Shown: piece by piece, positions 11,792 to 22,977 of the stretch
How positions within the stretch are numbered: position 1 is the first letter of the stretch
How the letters are laid out: each line of letters begins with the position of its first letter
DNA from: Polymyxa betae A26-41
Lineage: Eukaryota > Protista > Endomyxa: Phytomyxea
Assembly: GCA_003693705.1 (NCBI GenBank)
Contig: RBZT01000441.1
Span: 84,400-148,399, forward strand
Length of the DNA: 64,000 bases
Direction of reading: 5' to 3'
Notes under the pieces: generated by a model
Seen by the model: the letters and a program-made list of their open reading frames with translations, nothing else
Told to the model about the DNA's origin: nothing
The model's database searches: none
Made by a program: the position numbers and the translations under genes

Positions 11792-11963
11792 GAAGGGGAG
11801 CTCTTTGGCGCGCCACTTAAATATCGCTTGTGTAATGTGTCATACTATGCGATAGAGGCGCCTAGACACCATATGATACTACGTATTAGAGGGTTGTCGT
11901 GTAATGTTACAGTGTAATGTTATGGGCTATGTACAAGTTAGGGTTTTATTAATCATTTCCTGT

Positions 11964-13358
11964 TTAAGCAAGCCTACTGCTACGCCTAGTACCACGAGAC
12001 TCCACAGGTGCTTCTTTGGATTCGTCGTTTTCAAATGTGAACCTTGCAGGACGGGTTGACGAGCGCCTGGATTCGGGTAAAGTGTTACGAAACGACGCCT
12101 CGGATAGTAATCCTTGACGACGGAGTCGTACCGCTTTCTTCTGCTCGGCTTCGGCTTTAGTTGTTTCGGTTGGTATAATCTCTTCGCGAAGATATTCGAG
12201 AAACGGCTCCAAAGCAGAATCACTGCCGTTGTCGCGTTCACTCATGAAACATATCAGTTCGTCCAATGTTTGGGCAACAAGACGAACTTGGCCCTAAAGT
12301 ATGAAGTATTGTTAGAGTTCAGGTAAATGAACATAAAACACAATGGACCTGATCATGCTGTTCATAGAGACGACCACATTGGGATTGTACAGATGAATAG
12401 AAAAACCAATATGATTTGCCCTGAGAGTCTCGTCCTTGTGGCTCAGGCCTGAATGGGTCGGCTAATAAAATCAATCAGCAATGAAAGTCTAGGAATCAGG
12501 GGAATCGCTTACGATCTACACTCGAGATGAATTTCAAGATCTCCGAAGATTCTGAGCATGCCCAATCGCACAGATTCGATAAAATCAAAAGCTAAAGCCA
12601 TTGCAATGAGGTTAAACCGGAAGAAAAACAACAATGAAGGATTTACTCGAGCATATGGCGATAAGGAATGACAATCTTCCGTCCATTGCAATAATAATGG
12701 ATTCTGATATTTTCTCTTGCTTGGCCTCAAATCGCTATCCGATTCCGCTCTTGGGATAGACTTATCCAACAGCGACTGATATGCTTCGGAATCATTACTG
12801 TCCGGGTACATGAATCCAATAAAGCTGTTTTTCATGCCCGAGATGATGCGATGCGTCAAGGTTTGCCACTGATCTGGCCTGACAAAAATCAGCATTACGT
12901 GCATAGTGAAACAAGAAACATTACTTGAGAGCATCTTTTCTGTTCTGTCCCAAATAAATACATCGAGCGGCGAGTTCTGAATACAGAGGATCATCGCGCG
13001 AGAATATGATTGCTTGCTCCAACTCAAGAAAGGAGAATGGTGGTAGCATTAAAATCGGTGCAAATACTTGACAGAACGACAGCAGATTAACAAATTCAGT
13101 TGTAGAATTGATATCAGCAGCTGTGACATCTGGGATACTTCTCAAAGCATCTTCTCCCTGGTCGCCTTCCAATTCCATCGGAGTCGCCGACTCAGTCACG
13201 ACCTGATGCATCACATCTCTATCGACTCCATCATATTCATCAGGGTCGGGATGGAAATCGGATTCGTCATCGCCTTGGTTGGATGGCTCATAGTCGGATT
13301 CTTTAAGTGGATACGGTGATGGAGGTGGTGATAGATTAGTGGACGATACATTCTCCAT
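11964..13358 (-). CDS. DDT-domain chromatin-associated protein (multi-exon)
   Basis: LLSFCQVFAPILMLPPFSFLELEQAI matches the DDT consensus; acidic N-terminus, basic C-terminus. Confidence 0.7.
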
Positions 13359-13581
13359 CAAGCTAAACGGAGCGATCCCAAACACCACACTGACTCCAGC
13401 CTTAAACTGCGAGATCCATTTTCAGCCACATACTGCTTACTGAATTACCGATTCTGAATCACTTTTATCAACGACATTATCAAGATCTTGAAAGCTGATG
13501 CGAAATTAATCAGAATTCGAATTATTACAGTAATGCCTAAAACGATATATGAATGCGTAAAGCTGATATATCTTATTTAAT

Positions 13582-14553
13582 CTAAGAATCTGAATCACTG
13601 TCAGCATAACTGACAATATTGAGTTTCTTGGTGAGTTGGGATCCCTGTTCTTTCGATGAATTTGATGCAGAAGATGGAGGCTTCACCTCGGGACTTTTGC
13701 GTTTTCTCTTTACTACAATAGGCACAGTCGAGCCGTTCTCGTGACTGGTATTTGCGATGATGTTGATACCAGAAAAGGCTCCGGATTCCTTGACGACAGC
13801 ATCTTTGTCGACATCGTCGTCGATTCGTCGAATTACCCTGTCGTTCGTATCGCCAAATACACTGCGAACTGTTTCTTCATCCTGCTGTTCTTGTTTCTGC
13901 AACACTGTCGATTCGTATTTCCTTTGATGTAGCAAAAGCAATTCTTCAGGTGATCGTTGACTATGCCGTCGACTCATGGCCTGAAGTTCTTGAAGAGCAT
14001 CCATCTGATCCATCTCTCTTTTAGCTTCTTTCTGCCTATTCTCTAAAGCCTTGACACAACTGGTTAGTACAAAAATATAAAAATTATACAATTAAACAAA
14101 CCTTCATGGCATCCTGCTCTTCTTCCTTTATCCTCTCTTCAAGTTCTTTATCAACTTGCAGCGCGGCAGTCCAAGGTTCGAAATTTCGCTTCGCACCTCG
14201 CTCGACAACATAATTGCCATTTTTTGGATCGGTTTTGAATGTGATTTCGCTCGAGCACATAACACATTTGATAAAAAATCGCCAGACTTTGATCCCTAGG
14301 TAATCTTCCCCAATGGCAAGCTCTTTTTTCGAATTAAACTTCTTCCCAGAATACATGAACTCTCCACACGACATACACTGAACGTTCATTGGCAACATGG
14401 TTCGGACGGTTTCTTGCCGGTCGATCGGCTTGCGATTTCTTGGCAACTTCGTGGCATCGAAATCTGGTGGGTAATATCTGAGACCACGTCAGTGGAACGG
14501 CCAGGACTGCTTCAGCTATTTTCTTACTTATTGAGCACTTTACGTTCACCCAT
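13582..14553 (-). CDS. YJU2: Splicing factor YJU2/CCDC94 (Cwf16)
   Basis: Spliced MGERKVLNK|YYPPDFD, CxxCGEFMYSGKKFNSKKE and FKTDPKN; two introns. Confidence 0.95.
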
Positions 14554-14864
14554 TGTGACAGCGAATAAGGTTTAGAAGGAAGCGGTGTGTAAACGGTAGT
14601 CCGACAGCAACACCGAATGATGAAATGGCGATTTAACGATATACTTTTCACGCACTGCAAAACGTAGCGCAGCCCCTTGTAACATTACTTCCACTAGTTG
14701 GCTCTTAATTCAAATACTGTATCGGCTTTATTGAGATTAGATGGCAATCGGAATTAAACAACTAACAGGCGACATTACACTCGTTAACGACAGAATTTTT
14801 GCCATGTTGTGTGTTGATGCATCAAAACTGGGCTTGCACAATTTGGTGGGTTTTCGATATCAGG

Positions 14865-15085
14865 TTACTGCTCCAAGACAATCTTCTAGTTCAGTGTAGG
14901 TATTATTTATACTATCTGATACCTAATGGCTGTTATTTATATAGAAATAGCATAGGCCGCTCGCAGGTCAAAGAACGTCCAAGACGAGCACTGTCCTTGA
15001 CTTCGGTAAGAGGGCCTGACCGTTACGGACTGCGTTCCGGTCTATGTTTGGTTAGATCGCTCTGATCTCGACCAATAGCAGTTAA
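14865..15085 (+). ncRNA. Candidate structured RNA (independent ncRNA or 5' leader of the CASTOR-like gene)
   Basis: Closing TTACTGCT/AGCAGTTAA, several hairpins, a C(UUCG)G tetraloop at 15001-15006 and an 11-bp hairpin at 15048-15075. Confidence 0.4.
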
Positions 15086-15110
15086 ATTGTGACATTTGAC
15101 GGTTACCCTG

Positions 15111-16225
15111 ATGTTAGTTTCTGTCTTAGCTGAGGAGCTTATGATGGTTCGACTGCAGGTATCAAATATCAATCTAGCAGCCGTCGACCTGCTGAGGTTG
15201 CTGTTCTATCAAAACGAAGGGTCCTTAGCTGTTTGCTACCATTTCGCTTGATTCATCGTGATTTTATAGGCAGTTCTTAGCTTATACACGAACCGATGAC
15301 GAAGTCTCATTGATCTTGAAACGAAATGATATCAATCCATTCAAAGATATTGCTAATGTCTGTATATCTCCAATGAGTTGGCTGGCTCTAAGCCTCTGTA
15401 ATGACGAAGAAGGTTCCAGGACATTTAGTCTCTGAGCTCTTTGATCATTTGATTTGTTTTAGTGAGTGATGGTCTCGTGAGTAAGCTATTGTCGTTGCTG
15501 GCTACTCAGAATTATTCGATTTTCTACCTGTCGACGGCAACGCAAGATTACATTCTGGTGAAAAGCGACCAGCTCGAGGAAATCTTACGCTGCCTACGAG
15601 AATCTCTTACTGTTGATATCGACTTCAACGCATCATCGGAGATCGACGAAAGCTCTCGCACAACGCCACGTTCAAATGCTAATAATGAGGGACTGTCGCA
15701 AGTAGGACTAGATGAAGCATCTCGTGAAGTAAAGACGCCTAGCGATTTCGAAGTTAAGCTCGCTTTGCTGCCTGAAGGATTCTGTCTCCATTCTTTATCG
15801 CTTGCGGAACTCGATCGAATAATGAAGCCCCTTATACGGGTTCTATTTATTGAACGCAGCAAACTATCATTTTTCTCTTTTGCTATGGTTGAAGATCAGG
15901 TCCGTTCGGTGAATGTTTAGCACTTTTAGAGAAAGAGATTAATTTGTTTCAGATTTCAATGATCTTGGATAAGGAGTCAGCCAAATTCTTTAGAACGTAT
16001 GCCGAGATCGATCAGAAATACAGATGGCGAGCATTTAAAGTGCTTGGTGAATGGGGATTTTCGGAAATCGGCCTCGTGAACTCTCTATCCAGTGCTTTGT
16101 CAAGTGCTGGAGTCGAATCTCCTTTATTCTTATCAACATTCAGTCGAGATTTTATTATTGTCCCTTCTGAGGTGGAAGAAACAGCTAAGGAAGCTTTTAT
16201 CAAGGCTGGATTCATGGTCTCTTAG
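15111..16225 (+). CDS. CASTOR/GATS-like tandem ACT-domain protein
   Basis: Two ACT_7-type repeats (GLVSKLLSLLATQNYSIFYLSTATQDYILV; GFSEIGLVNSLSSALSSAGVESPLFLSTFSRDFIIV); three introns. Confidence 0.85.
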
Positions 16226-16398
16226 ACCAAATATACTTTCACTTAATTATGCATTACCCCAAACGTATCTCCTCTGTGAATAATCCTAAAATATGCATAC
16301 CAAGCTATCTTCTAGGAGATTAGAATTGCAAAGTGGGGTCATGGGGACAATAAAGGTTTAGAAATGAGATAAGGCCAATACTGAATATTCAAAATGAA

Positions 16399-17493
16399 TT
16401 AAGCCCGACCAGCCTGTTTCATCACTTCTAACATTAATTTGCCAACAGCAGCGGGAGATTCTGAGACGGCAACCCCAGCTTCTTTTAGAGCAGCGATCTT
16501 CTCCTTGGCACCGCCCTTACCGCCGGAAATAATAGCTCCAGCATGGCCCATACGCCGCCCAGGTGGAGCTGTAAGCCCTGCGATGAAGGCAACCACCGGC
16601 TTGTTCTCGACGTTATTCTCAGCTAAAAAGGCGGCGGCTTTCTCTTCAGCCTGACCACCGATTTCACCGATCATGATAATTCCTGAGTTCTGAGATTACT
16701 ATCCAAGGCATCAATGGCACATCGAATCAACCTTCGGTCTGGGGATCTTTTAGGAATCTGTCAATAACATCGATGAAGTTGGTGCCATTAAAAGGATCAC
16801 CCCCAATACCAACACATGTAGACTGTCCAAGCCCAACACTTGTCGTCTGATGAACAGCTTCATACGTTAAAGTTCCCGATCTGGAAACAATGCCGATTTT
16901 TCCTAAAGCGAATGTGAAAATTAGAATAGTAACAGCGATATTTACGATCAAACCTGGGGTGTGGATGTATCCAGGCATAATACCAATCTTGCATTCTCCA
17001 GGCTTGATAATACCTGGGCAGTTCGGTCCAATTAGACGAACGTTAGGCTTCTTCTTCAGAGCCCGCAGGACCTTCACCATATCATGTTGTGGAATACCTA
17101 TAGCAATTTGACATCAAATGCCTGTATGACATAAAATAAAGGGCAACCTTCAGTGATGGTTACAATCAATGGAACATCAGCCTCAATAGCTTCAAGGATG
17201 GCGGCAGCTGCGAATGGAGGCGGCACGTAGATAGCGGTGGCGTCGGCACCAGTTTCTTTAACGGCGTCGGCAACTGTATCAAATACTGGAAGACCTAGGT
17301 GCTCCTTGCCGCCCTTTCCAGGCGAAACACCACCCACAACTTGGGTTCCATACTCAATCGCCTGCTCCGAATGGAACGTCCCCTGCTTTCCCGTGAGCCC
17401 TTGGACGATAACACGAGTGTTTTTATCGACGAAAACGGCCGCTGTCGAGGACAGGGCACGTCGGCATGAGGAGAATGCCCTGTTAAGAAACAT
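16399..17493 (-). CDS. SUCLG1: Succinyl-CoA ligase alpha subunit, mitochondrial
   Basis: [29 protein letters not shown] and RRMGHAGAI motifs; three introns. Confidence 0.97.
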
Positions 17494-18075
17494 CGTGATC
17501 TATCGTGGCTGTTTTATGGTAAGATGGAATTGCCAGTTAATACGAGACGATATGCGCACTTTCTCTGATTTTTAAGTTCTCTTTTTCTCAAACTTGAACT
17601 TTCAGTCTTTTACTGTCAATCCCAGCTTGAGCTACAGAATTACACAAGCATGTCATCGTCTGATGCACAAGAATTATTCGTGTGTTTTCTGACGGATTCG
17701 GTAATTGGATTTTATAAATACAGGCTATCGAAGAGGTACACAAAATAGTGACACATAAACGGTGGATTTCCTGTTTCAAAATTCTGTGTAGCAAGGCTGG
17801 CTGACTCCTATCTGCTTGTCGACTTGTTTGGCAGTACATTCCAGGAAGGACTCTATACTGGTGATTAATTCAGTGAGACTTGAAATCTGAATATGGTGCT
17901 GATGGAGTGATGGGTGAAAACCGAAATATGGCATAACTATCATTCTAATCCATGTACTGTATGAAATGCAAGGGTACAGACCCGGTTTAAAAAATTACCG
18001 ACATTTATCTCATTACGTATAGGCAGGGAATTTTGTTAGTAGTAGTAATATATGCAAAACAGAAACCACACAGAA

Positions 18076-19281
18076 TTATACAACGGATATACGACGTGGA
18101 CGAGGCGTCGGAGATGGGATCGGTGCAGTGGTGTTGACGAACGTTGAAGGTGCTGGAGAGGCAATCGTCACTGAAACGGCGACAGGTACGTTTTGCTGTG
18201 CGGCAGTTGCTAGGAGTTGAGAGAGCGATGAAGAATTAGCAGCTGCTGACAGATCGATAGTGGTAGTTGGCGATGCCGATGCAGCCGGAACCAAGGTTGG
18301 CAATGTTGCCGGCGTGCTTGTTATAGGTGCAGTGCTTGGAGATAAGCTGGGGAAGATGACTGGGGTTGTGGATGCAGATGTTGTCGGAGCCGGCGTTATG
18401 GCTGCAGATGTTGTCGGAGCCGGCGTCATGGCTGCAGATGTTGTCGGAGCCGGCGTTATGGCTGCAGATGTTGTCGGAGCCGGCGTTATGGCTGCAGCTG
18501 CAGGTGGTGTTGGGACTGGAGTGGTAGCTGTTGATGGCATGGTGGTGGTCGGTACTGGCGTCACATCTGCAGCTCGTGGACGTCGTGTAGTAGCAGCTGA
18601 GGCTTGGGTCGCGAACGTGCCAATCTTGGCGCAGAGACTGCCATTGCAGGCGTATCCTGATGGGCACCAGCCACAGGTCTTTCCAGAAATATAGGCTGAT
18701 TCTCCAACCCAATTGCCAGCTGATTTATAGTGGCAGACATAGACCTGGACCTGAGGTTTTCCCAATAGGTTCGAGCATGTCGTTTGAGCACAACCAACAA
18801 ATTCGGTTGTAGCCCAGACCATCTGTTTATAGTGACCGCACGCTTTACCAGGTGTACACGATAACAGGGCGAAATCGTAATCTTTTGCCTAGACAGATCA
18901 TCATTTCAGCTCATGGTTCGGCAACAATTATCATTCAGTGAAACAATGGTTTGACGATGTGAAAAGTTTGGCAATTACCTCAGCAGCCCATGCCGAAGCA
19001 GCATCGGTGATGTTCATAGCAGGCCAACCCCAGGCCAAATTCTCACCGTATGATGTCGAGCTGTGTCCAGTTGGGCATGTGTTAGCATATGCCAATGCTG
19101 ACGCTTCCAAATTCGAATCCCACAGCATCGTCAGCATATTCATAGCAGTCGGCGACACATTGCTGCGAACTTGATTGTGCACAGCCAATACGGCGGCCTT
19201 GTCATAATCTGTTAGGGCAGCGTGACTGCTGCAAACAATCACAGCGATCAGAATTAGATGTAATTCGAGCAATGTCGGCAT
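18076..19281 (-). CDS. Secreted CAP/SCP/PR-1 family protein with Thr/Pro/Ala mucin-like tail
   Basis: Signal peptide, HNQVR, GENLAW, GHYKQMVW and VCHY motifs; intron ~18890-18977. Confidence 0.9.
18374..18497. repeat. 30-bp coding minisatellite, 4 copies (AAITPAPTTS)
   Basis: gcagatgttgtcggagccggcgttatggct repeated four times almost perfectly. Confidence 0.95.
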
Positions 19282-19787
19282 TGGATAAGTTAAAGATATA
19301 TCATGAGTCAATGCAATTAGAGACTTAAGAATGGCATGGCAAATGACTCAGCATGCAGTATGTATTATTTCCAATGTGCATCTTATCGCATCATATTGTG
19401 TATAAGATCATAAGCAGACAGTTCAGCAAAAGATCGCCGTTCTCACTCATGCCAACTCAGTAAAATCGATTAATAAAACCAGGAGTCGCGATCGTATGAC
19501 AGAACTATACAAATCATCGATCGGGCTTTCGATATCGCAGACAAACCTGTCAGACACTATTCCAGCAATGCAGCGAGCACGCCGCCCAGCATCCGTAAAC
19601 CACCACCACCAGCCTGAATATAGACTGCGACGACACCATGGAACTTTCCCGGAATATTCGAGTAGACACCCTTGTCATATGTCAAATGACCGATCCGAAA
19701 CGCACCAACTTCCGAGTCATTCAGTCTTCCGCATTGTTTTAGCATCAAGCTTGTTGTGTCTGTCATTCTACCAGCATCAGATCAAGC

Positions 19788-20987
19788 ATGAGCGCCATCG
19801 AAATGCCTCGCATCGCCGGCGAGACGCCGTCTGATCGCGAACATCTTGACCATAATAAGTATCTCAGCCCTCACCTGATTGTTCGTTATGCCATTGTCGG
19901 CTGGTGTCTGTCCAAGTTCAATGGGCTTGGCTATATCGGTCGTACCAACATCCAGCAGATGCACGCCTTAGCGGAAACTGTCCAGAAACAGGAAAACGAA
20001 CAGCAGTCGTCACGCCTCGAGCCGCTTCGAGTCGCCGAAAATCGCATCCGAAACGACGTTCTGCAAGATTTTATCAAGTATGTTTGCGACCCGAAAACTG
20101 GTAGAGAATTTGACTGCGATCGGACCAACTTTATGTTCCAGTCATGTACTTCTGCACTTTTATATTGTGTAGCCCGGGCATTACCCGATCGGTTCCCAGA
20201 TCCCCGCGATCTCATGATTCTAAACTCGTACGATTATGTCGAAGGATACCTGAACACCTATAACGATTACTGCTCGAACCGTTACGATTTCTTGGTTTTC
20301 ACGCAATCGCTCGGGAAGACAATCCGTGAATATTTCCGCCGCTTTCAGCTCGGACTAGAGAACGGATCCATTCGTCTGGATCCGCGATATCGTCAGCATT
20401 TCCGAAACAGCCTGCTTGCCGCTTTCGACAAGATTCGCGACGATCTCGGTGAAGAGTACTGGAAGAACGAGTTCCCTCTTCGAAATCCAGAGGAACCTCT
20501 CCCAGAAACTCGCTCTTACGATTTGAATGACGAATCGCAAGTCTATGATTGGGACGTCGACGATGTCCCTGCCGGAGGTCGCATCGTCCTCCGACAGCCG
20601 TACGCACCCATCTTGGAGGCACATCAGCGCGCCAAATTGAAAGTGCTCCTGCATGTACTGGATGCTCTGCAGCGGTACCAATCAGATCAAGGTGTCACCC
20701 GGGAACACGCGATCGCCTTATTAGCCTGTTTCGAAGACAAAGCACACCAGCTTCTGCACAACATGGGTGTACCAGACGACGATATCCTTCCACTGCGTGC
20801 ATCTGCCCATGCTGATCTCGTATGTATTTGCCAGCTTGCATGCGAGTCCCAGAGAGCCGGTAACGTTCCAGAGTCCGAACAAGGTCGTCGCGATGAAGAA
20901 ACTGACGATCAGTCTCAGCTGAGACAGGAGAAGATTGTTCAGCAGATGATGTCCAACATGAACATTCAGCCATCCAGCTCCGAATAG
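19788..20987 (+). CDS. Hypothetical 399-aa intronless protein
   Basis: Long ATG-initiated ORF with globular composition; no family recognised. Confidence 0.75.
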   Translation: MSAIEMPRIAGETPSDREHLDHNKYLSPHLIVRYAIVGWCLSKFNGLGYIGRTNIQQMHALAETVQKQENEQQSSRLEPLRVAENRIRNDVLQDFIKYVCDPKTGREFDCDRTNFMFQSCTSALLYCVARALPDRFPDPRDLMILNSYDYVEGYLNTYNDYCSNRYDFLVFTQSLGKTIREYFRRFQLGLENGSIRLDPRYRQHFRNSLLAAFDKIRDDLGEEYWKNEFPLRNPEEPLPETRSYDLNDESQVYDWDVDDVPAGGRIVLRQPYAPILEAHQRAKLKVLLHVLDALQRYQSDQGVTREHAIALLACFEDKAHQLLHNMGVPDDDILPLRASAHADLVCICQLACESQRAGNVPESEQGRRDEETDDQSQLRQEKIVQQMMSNMNIQPSSSE

Positions 20988-21271
20988 ATGGGATTTGCTC
21001 ATCTGTCCATACATGGTGTTCACTAGATCTATCGTATCATAGAGATGTATGTTTAATGCAGAAAGAGCTTTAATATTGTGCATTCAGAAGATCGACTTTT
21101 GTTGCGTATTTTTTCGTGTCATGAGCGCAACCATTGACAGCCTCTTTCGTGATAATGCGCATAGCGACCTTTTGGTAGAGCAATTTACAATTCAGAATTC
21201 GTCCATGCGGTTCTGTTTCGAACAGGAGCCAGTAAAGCCTCAGAACTGCATAAATGCGACCTGGAAGAAAC

Positions 21272-21473
21272 TTTCACAGCCTGTCATTATCAACAAACTG
21301 TCGAATCGAATCGAATCCAACAGTGTCATTCTCTAACCTGTGTGAATCGAACCTGTGTCTTCGCGATTCAATCATTAACGGTCCGGCTTTGCTTGTCTGA
21401 AGCACAGGTTAGAGAATGACACTGTTGGATTCGATTCGATTCGACAGTTTGTTGATAATGACAGGCTGTGAAA
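21272..21473. repeat. Perfect 71-bp inverted repeat with 60-bp spacer (MITE/foldback-like)
   Basis: 21272-21342 is the exact reverse complement of 21403-21473. Confidence 0.92.
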
Positions 21474-22158
21474 CGTCCATAGCACAAAGGAGGCTGAGAG
21501 GTACGGTACGCCGGCCTACCGTTGCGAACTTCTGAATCTACTCTAGTTTCAATTGTATTTCTCAAAATCAACGCACATTTTAAAACGTGCGAAAAATACT
21601 GTCCTCAAAAATCGAAAGTGTTGGACTGTGAGTTGCTTCGCAGTTTTAGGACAGTTTTGCCCATCCGAATTCCAAAAACGGAAGAACCTCTATCAACTTC
21701 CGGACATATAACGCCTTACCAAGTTATAAAATATTCAAATTCAAGACGTCAATTGATCAGGCTCGTCGAGATCTGCCTTTTGACGTCTTGTTTGCATTAA
21801 TTGGACCGACCCCGAGGCTCCTGTAATATCTTCGCTATGGAGGACGCTCTTTAAAAAAGTTGATTAAGATGTCCGCTACCGTAGGAGCTCCTACCGTTAC
21901 CTCAACTTGCCAACTTATTAGGTATACGTAACTTTTGTGATAAATTACTCTTTTGTTTGTGAAATCAACGAATCTTGTCCGGGAAAAAGCCATACTTTCA
22001 CAATGTGCGCTCGCACTTTATCTGAAAATCGATTTCAAACAAATGTTGAATAAAGATGGGTCGCGCTGTAGGCCGCAGACCTTCTGTAGGCCGGAGACCC
22101 CGGCACCCCGACCCCGTCACCCCGACCCCGCCCAGGTCAGAGCCACAATCCATTTACA

Positions 22159-22977
22159 ATGCGGATCATCAGTATTGTTGTCCTGTTAGGCCTCGTTGGA
22201 AGTCATTGTGCTGTCAAGGCGGGCTTCGCTCCTCATGAATACGGATGCTCCCGATTCAACAACTATCTGGGTCCGCAACACAACTGGGAGAACGATCTCG
22301 CCCCTGCATTTCTGCACAACGATTTCGTCGTTGTGATCCATGGTGTGGTGGGCGCCGGAAAATCGTCCCTCATTAAACTGCTCTGTGGACACCAGAATGA
22401 TCTACAGATCGGCCAAAAACTCCCAGACAGCAGCAACATTCGCAGTGTCACCGACCGAGCCAACGTTTATAATTGCCGGTCTCGAACCAGTCCTCAGTCC
22501 GCCACCATCTTTGTCATCGATACTCCCGGCTTCGAAGAACCCAACGAGGCAGGCCAACTATGCGCCCTAGAAGGCGTCGACCGTGCACTTCGATTTGCCC
22601 GAGAACAGCGAGCCCCTCTCCGGCGAATCTATTTCTTAATGGACTGGTCCGACCCCAAAGAACCCATCCCGCTCAATCTGGAAAACCACCTCCATATCCT
22701 GCTTGCCCGCTATGGATCCTTGGTCGCATCGCGGATCCGCTTCGTCATCAGCAAGTCGGATCGGTTGTATCGAATGGGACGGCCCCAGGTCCATATTAAG
22801 CAAATGGTGGCGTTTACTGGGCAATGCTATAAAAATGTATTCCAGCTGGCTATGGTTCCCAAGCAGATGGTTTTTGTGTCCTTAAATGCTGAATACGGGG
22901 ATTGTCCTACCATTCGACAGCTCACGACTGATTTTGGTTGGAGCGTCGGAGGAAATGATGCTCGGACTGAGCTCTGA
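22159..22977 (+). CDS. Signal-peptide-bearing P-loop GTPase (AIG1/MMR_HSR1-like), copy 1; probably truncated, relic tail to ~23495
   Basis: Signal peptide MRIISIVVLLGLVGSHCAVKA, G1 GVVGAGKS, G2 SVT, G3 DTPG, G4 SKSD. The frame stays open past the TGA into ORF 23038-23442. Confidence 0.82.
   Translation: MRIISIVVLLGLVGSHCAVKAGFAPHEYGCSRFNNYLGPQHNWENDLAPAFLHNDFVVVIHGVVGAGKSSLIKLLCGHQNDLQIGQKLPDSSNIRSVTDRANVYNCRSRTSPQSATIFVIDTPGFEEPNEAGQLCALEGVDRALRFAREQRAPLRRIYFLMDWSDPKEPIPLNLENHLHILLARYGSLVASRIRFVISKSDRLYRMGRPQVHIKQMVAFTGQCYKNVFQLAMVPKQMVFVSLNAEYGDCPTIRQLTTDFGWSVGGNDARTEL

Noticed and set aside
14950-15075. U1/U11 snRNA or 5S rRNA
   Set aside because: The multi-hairpin shape is similar, but the ATACTTACCTG or AAAAAGGGC 5' end and a canonical Sm site are absent. 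5S similarity is limited to a short word.
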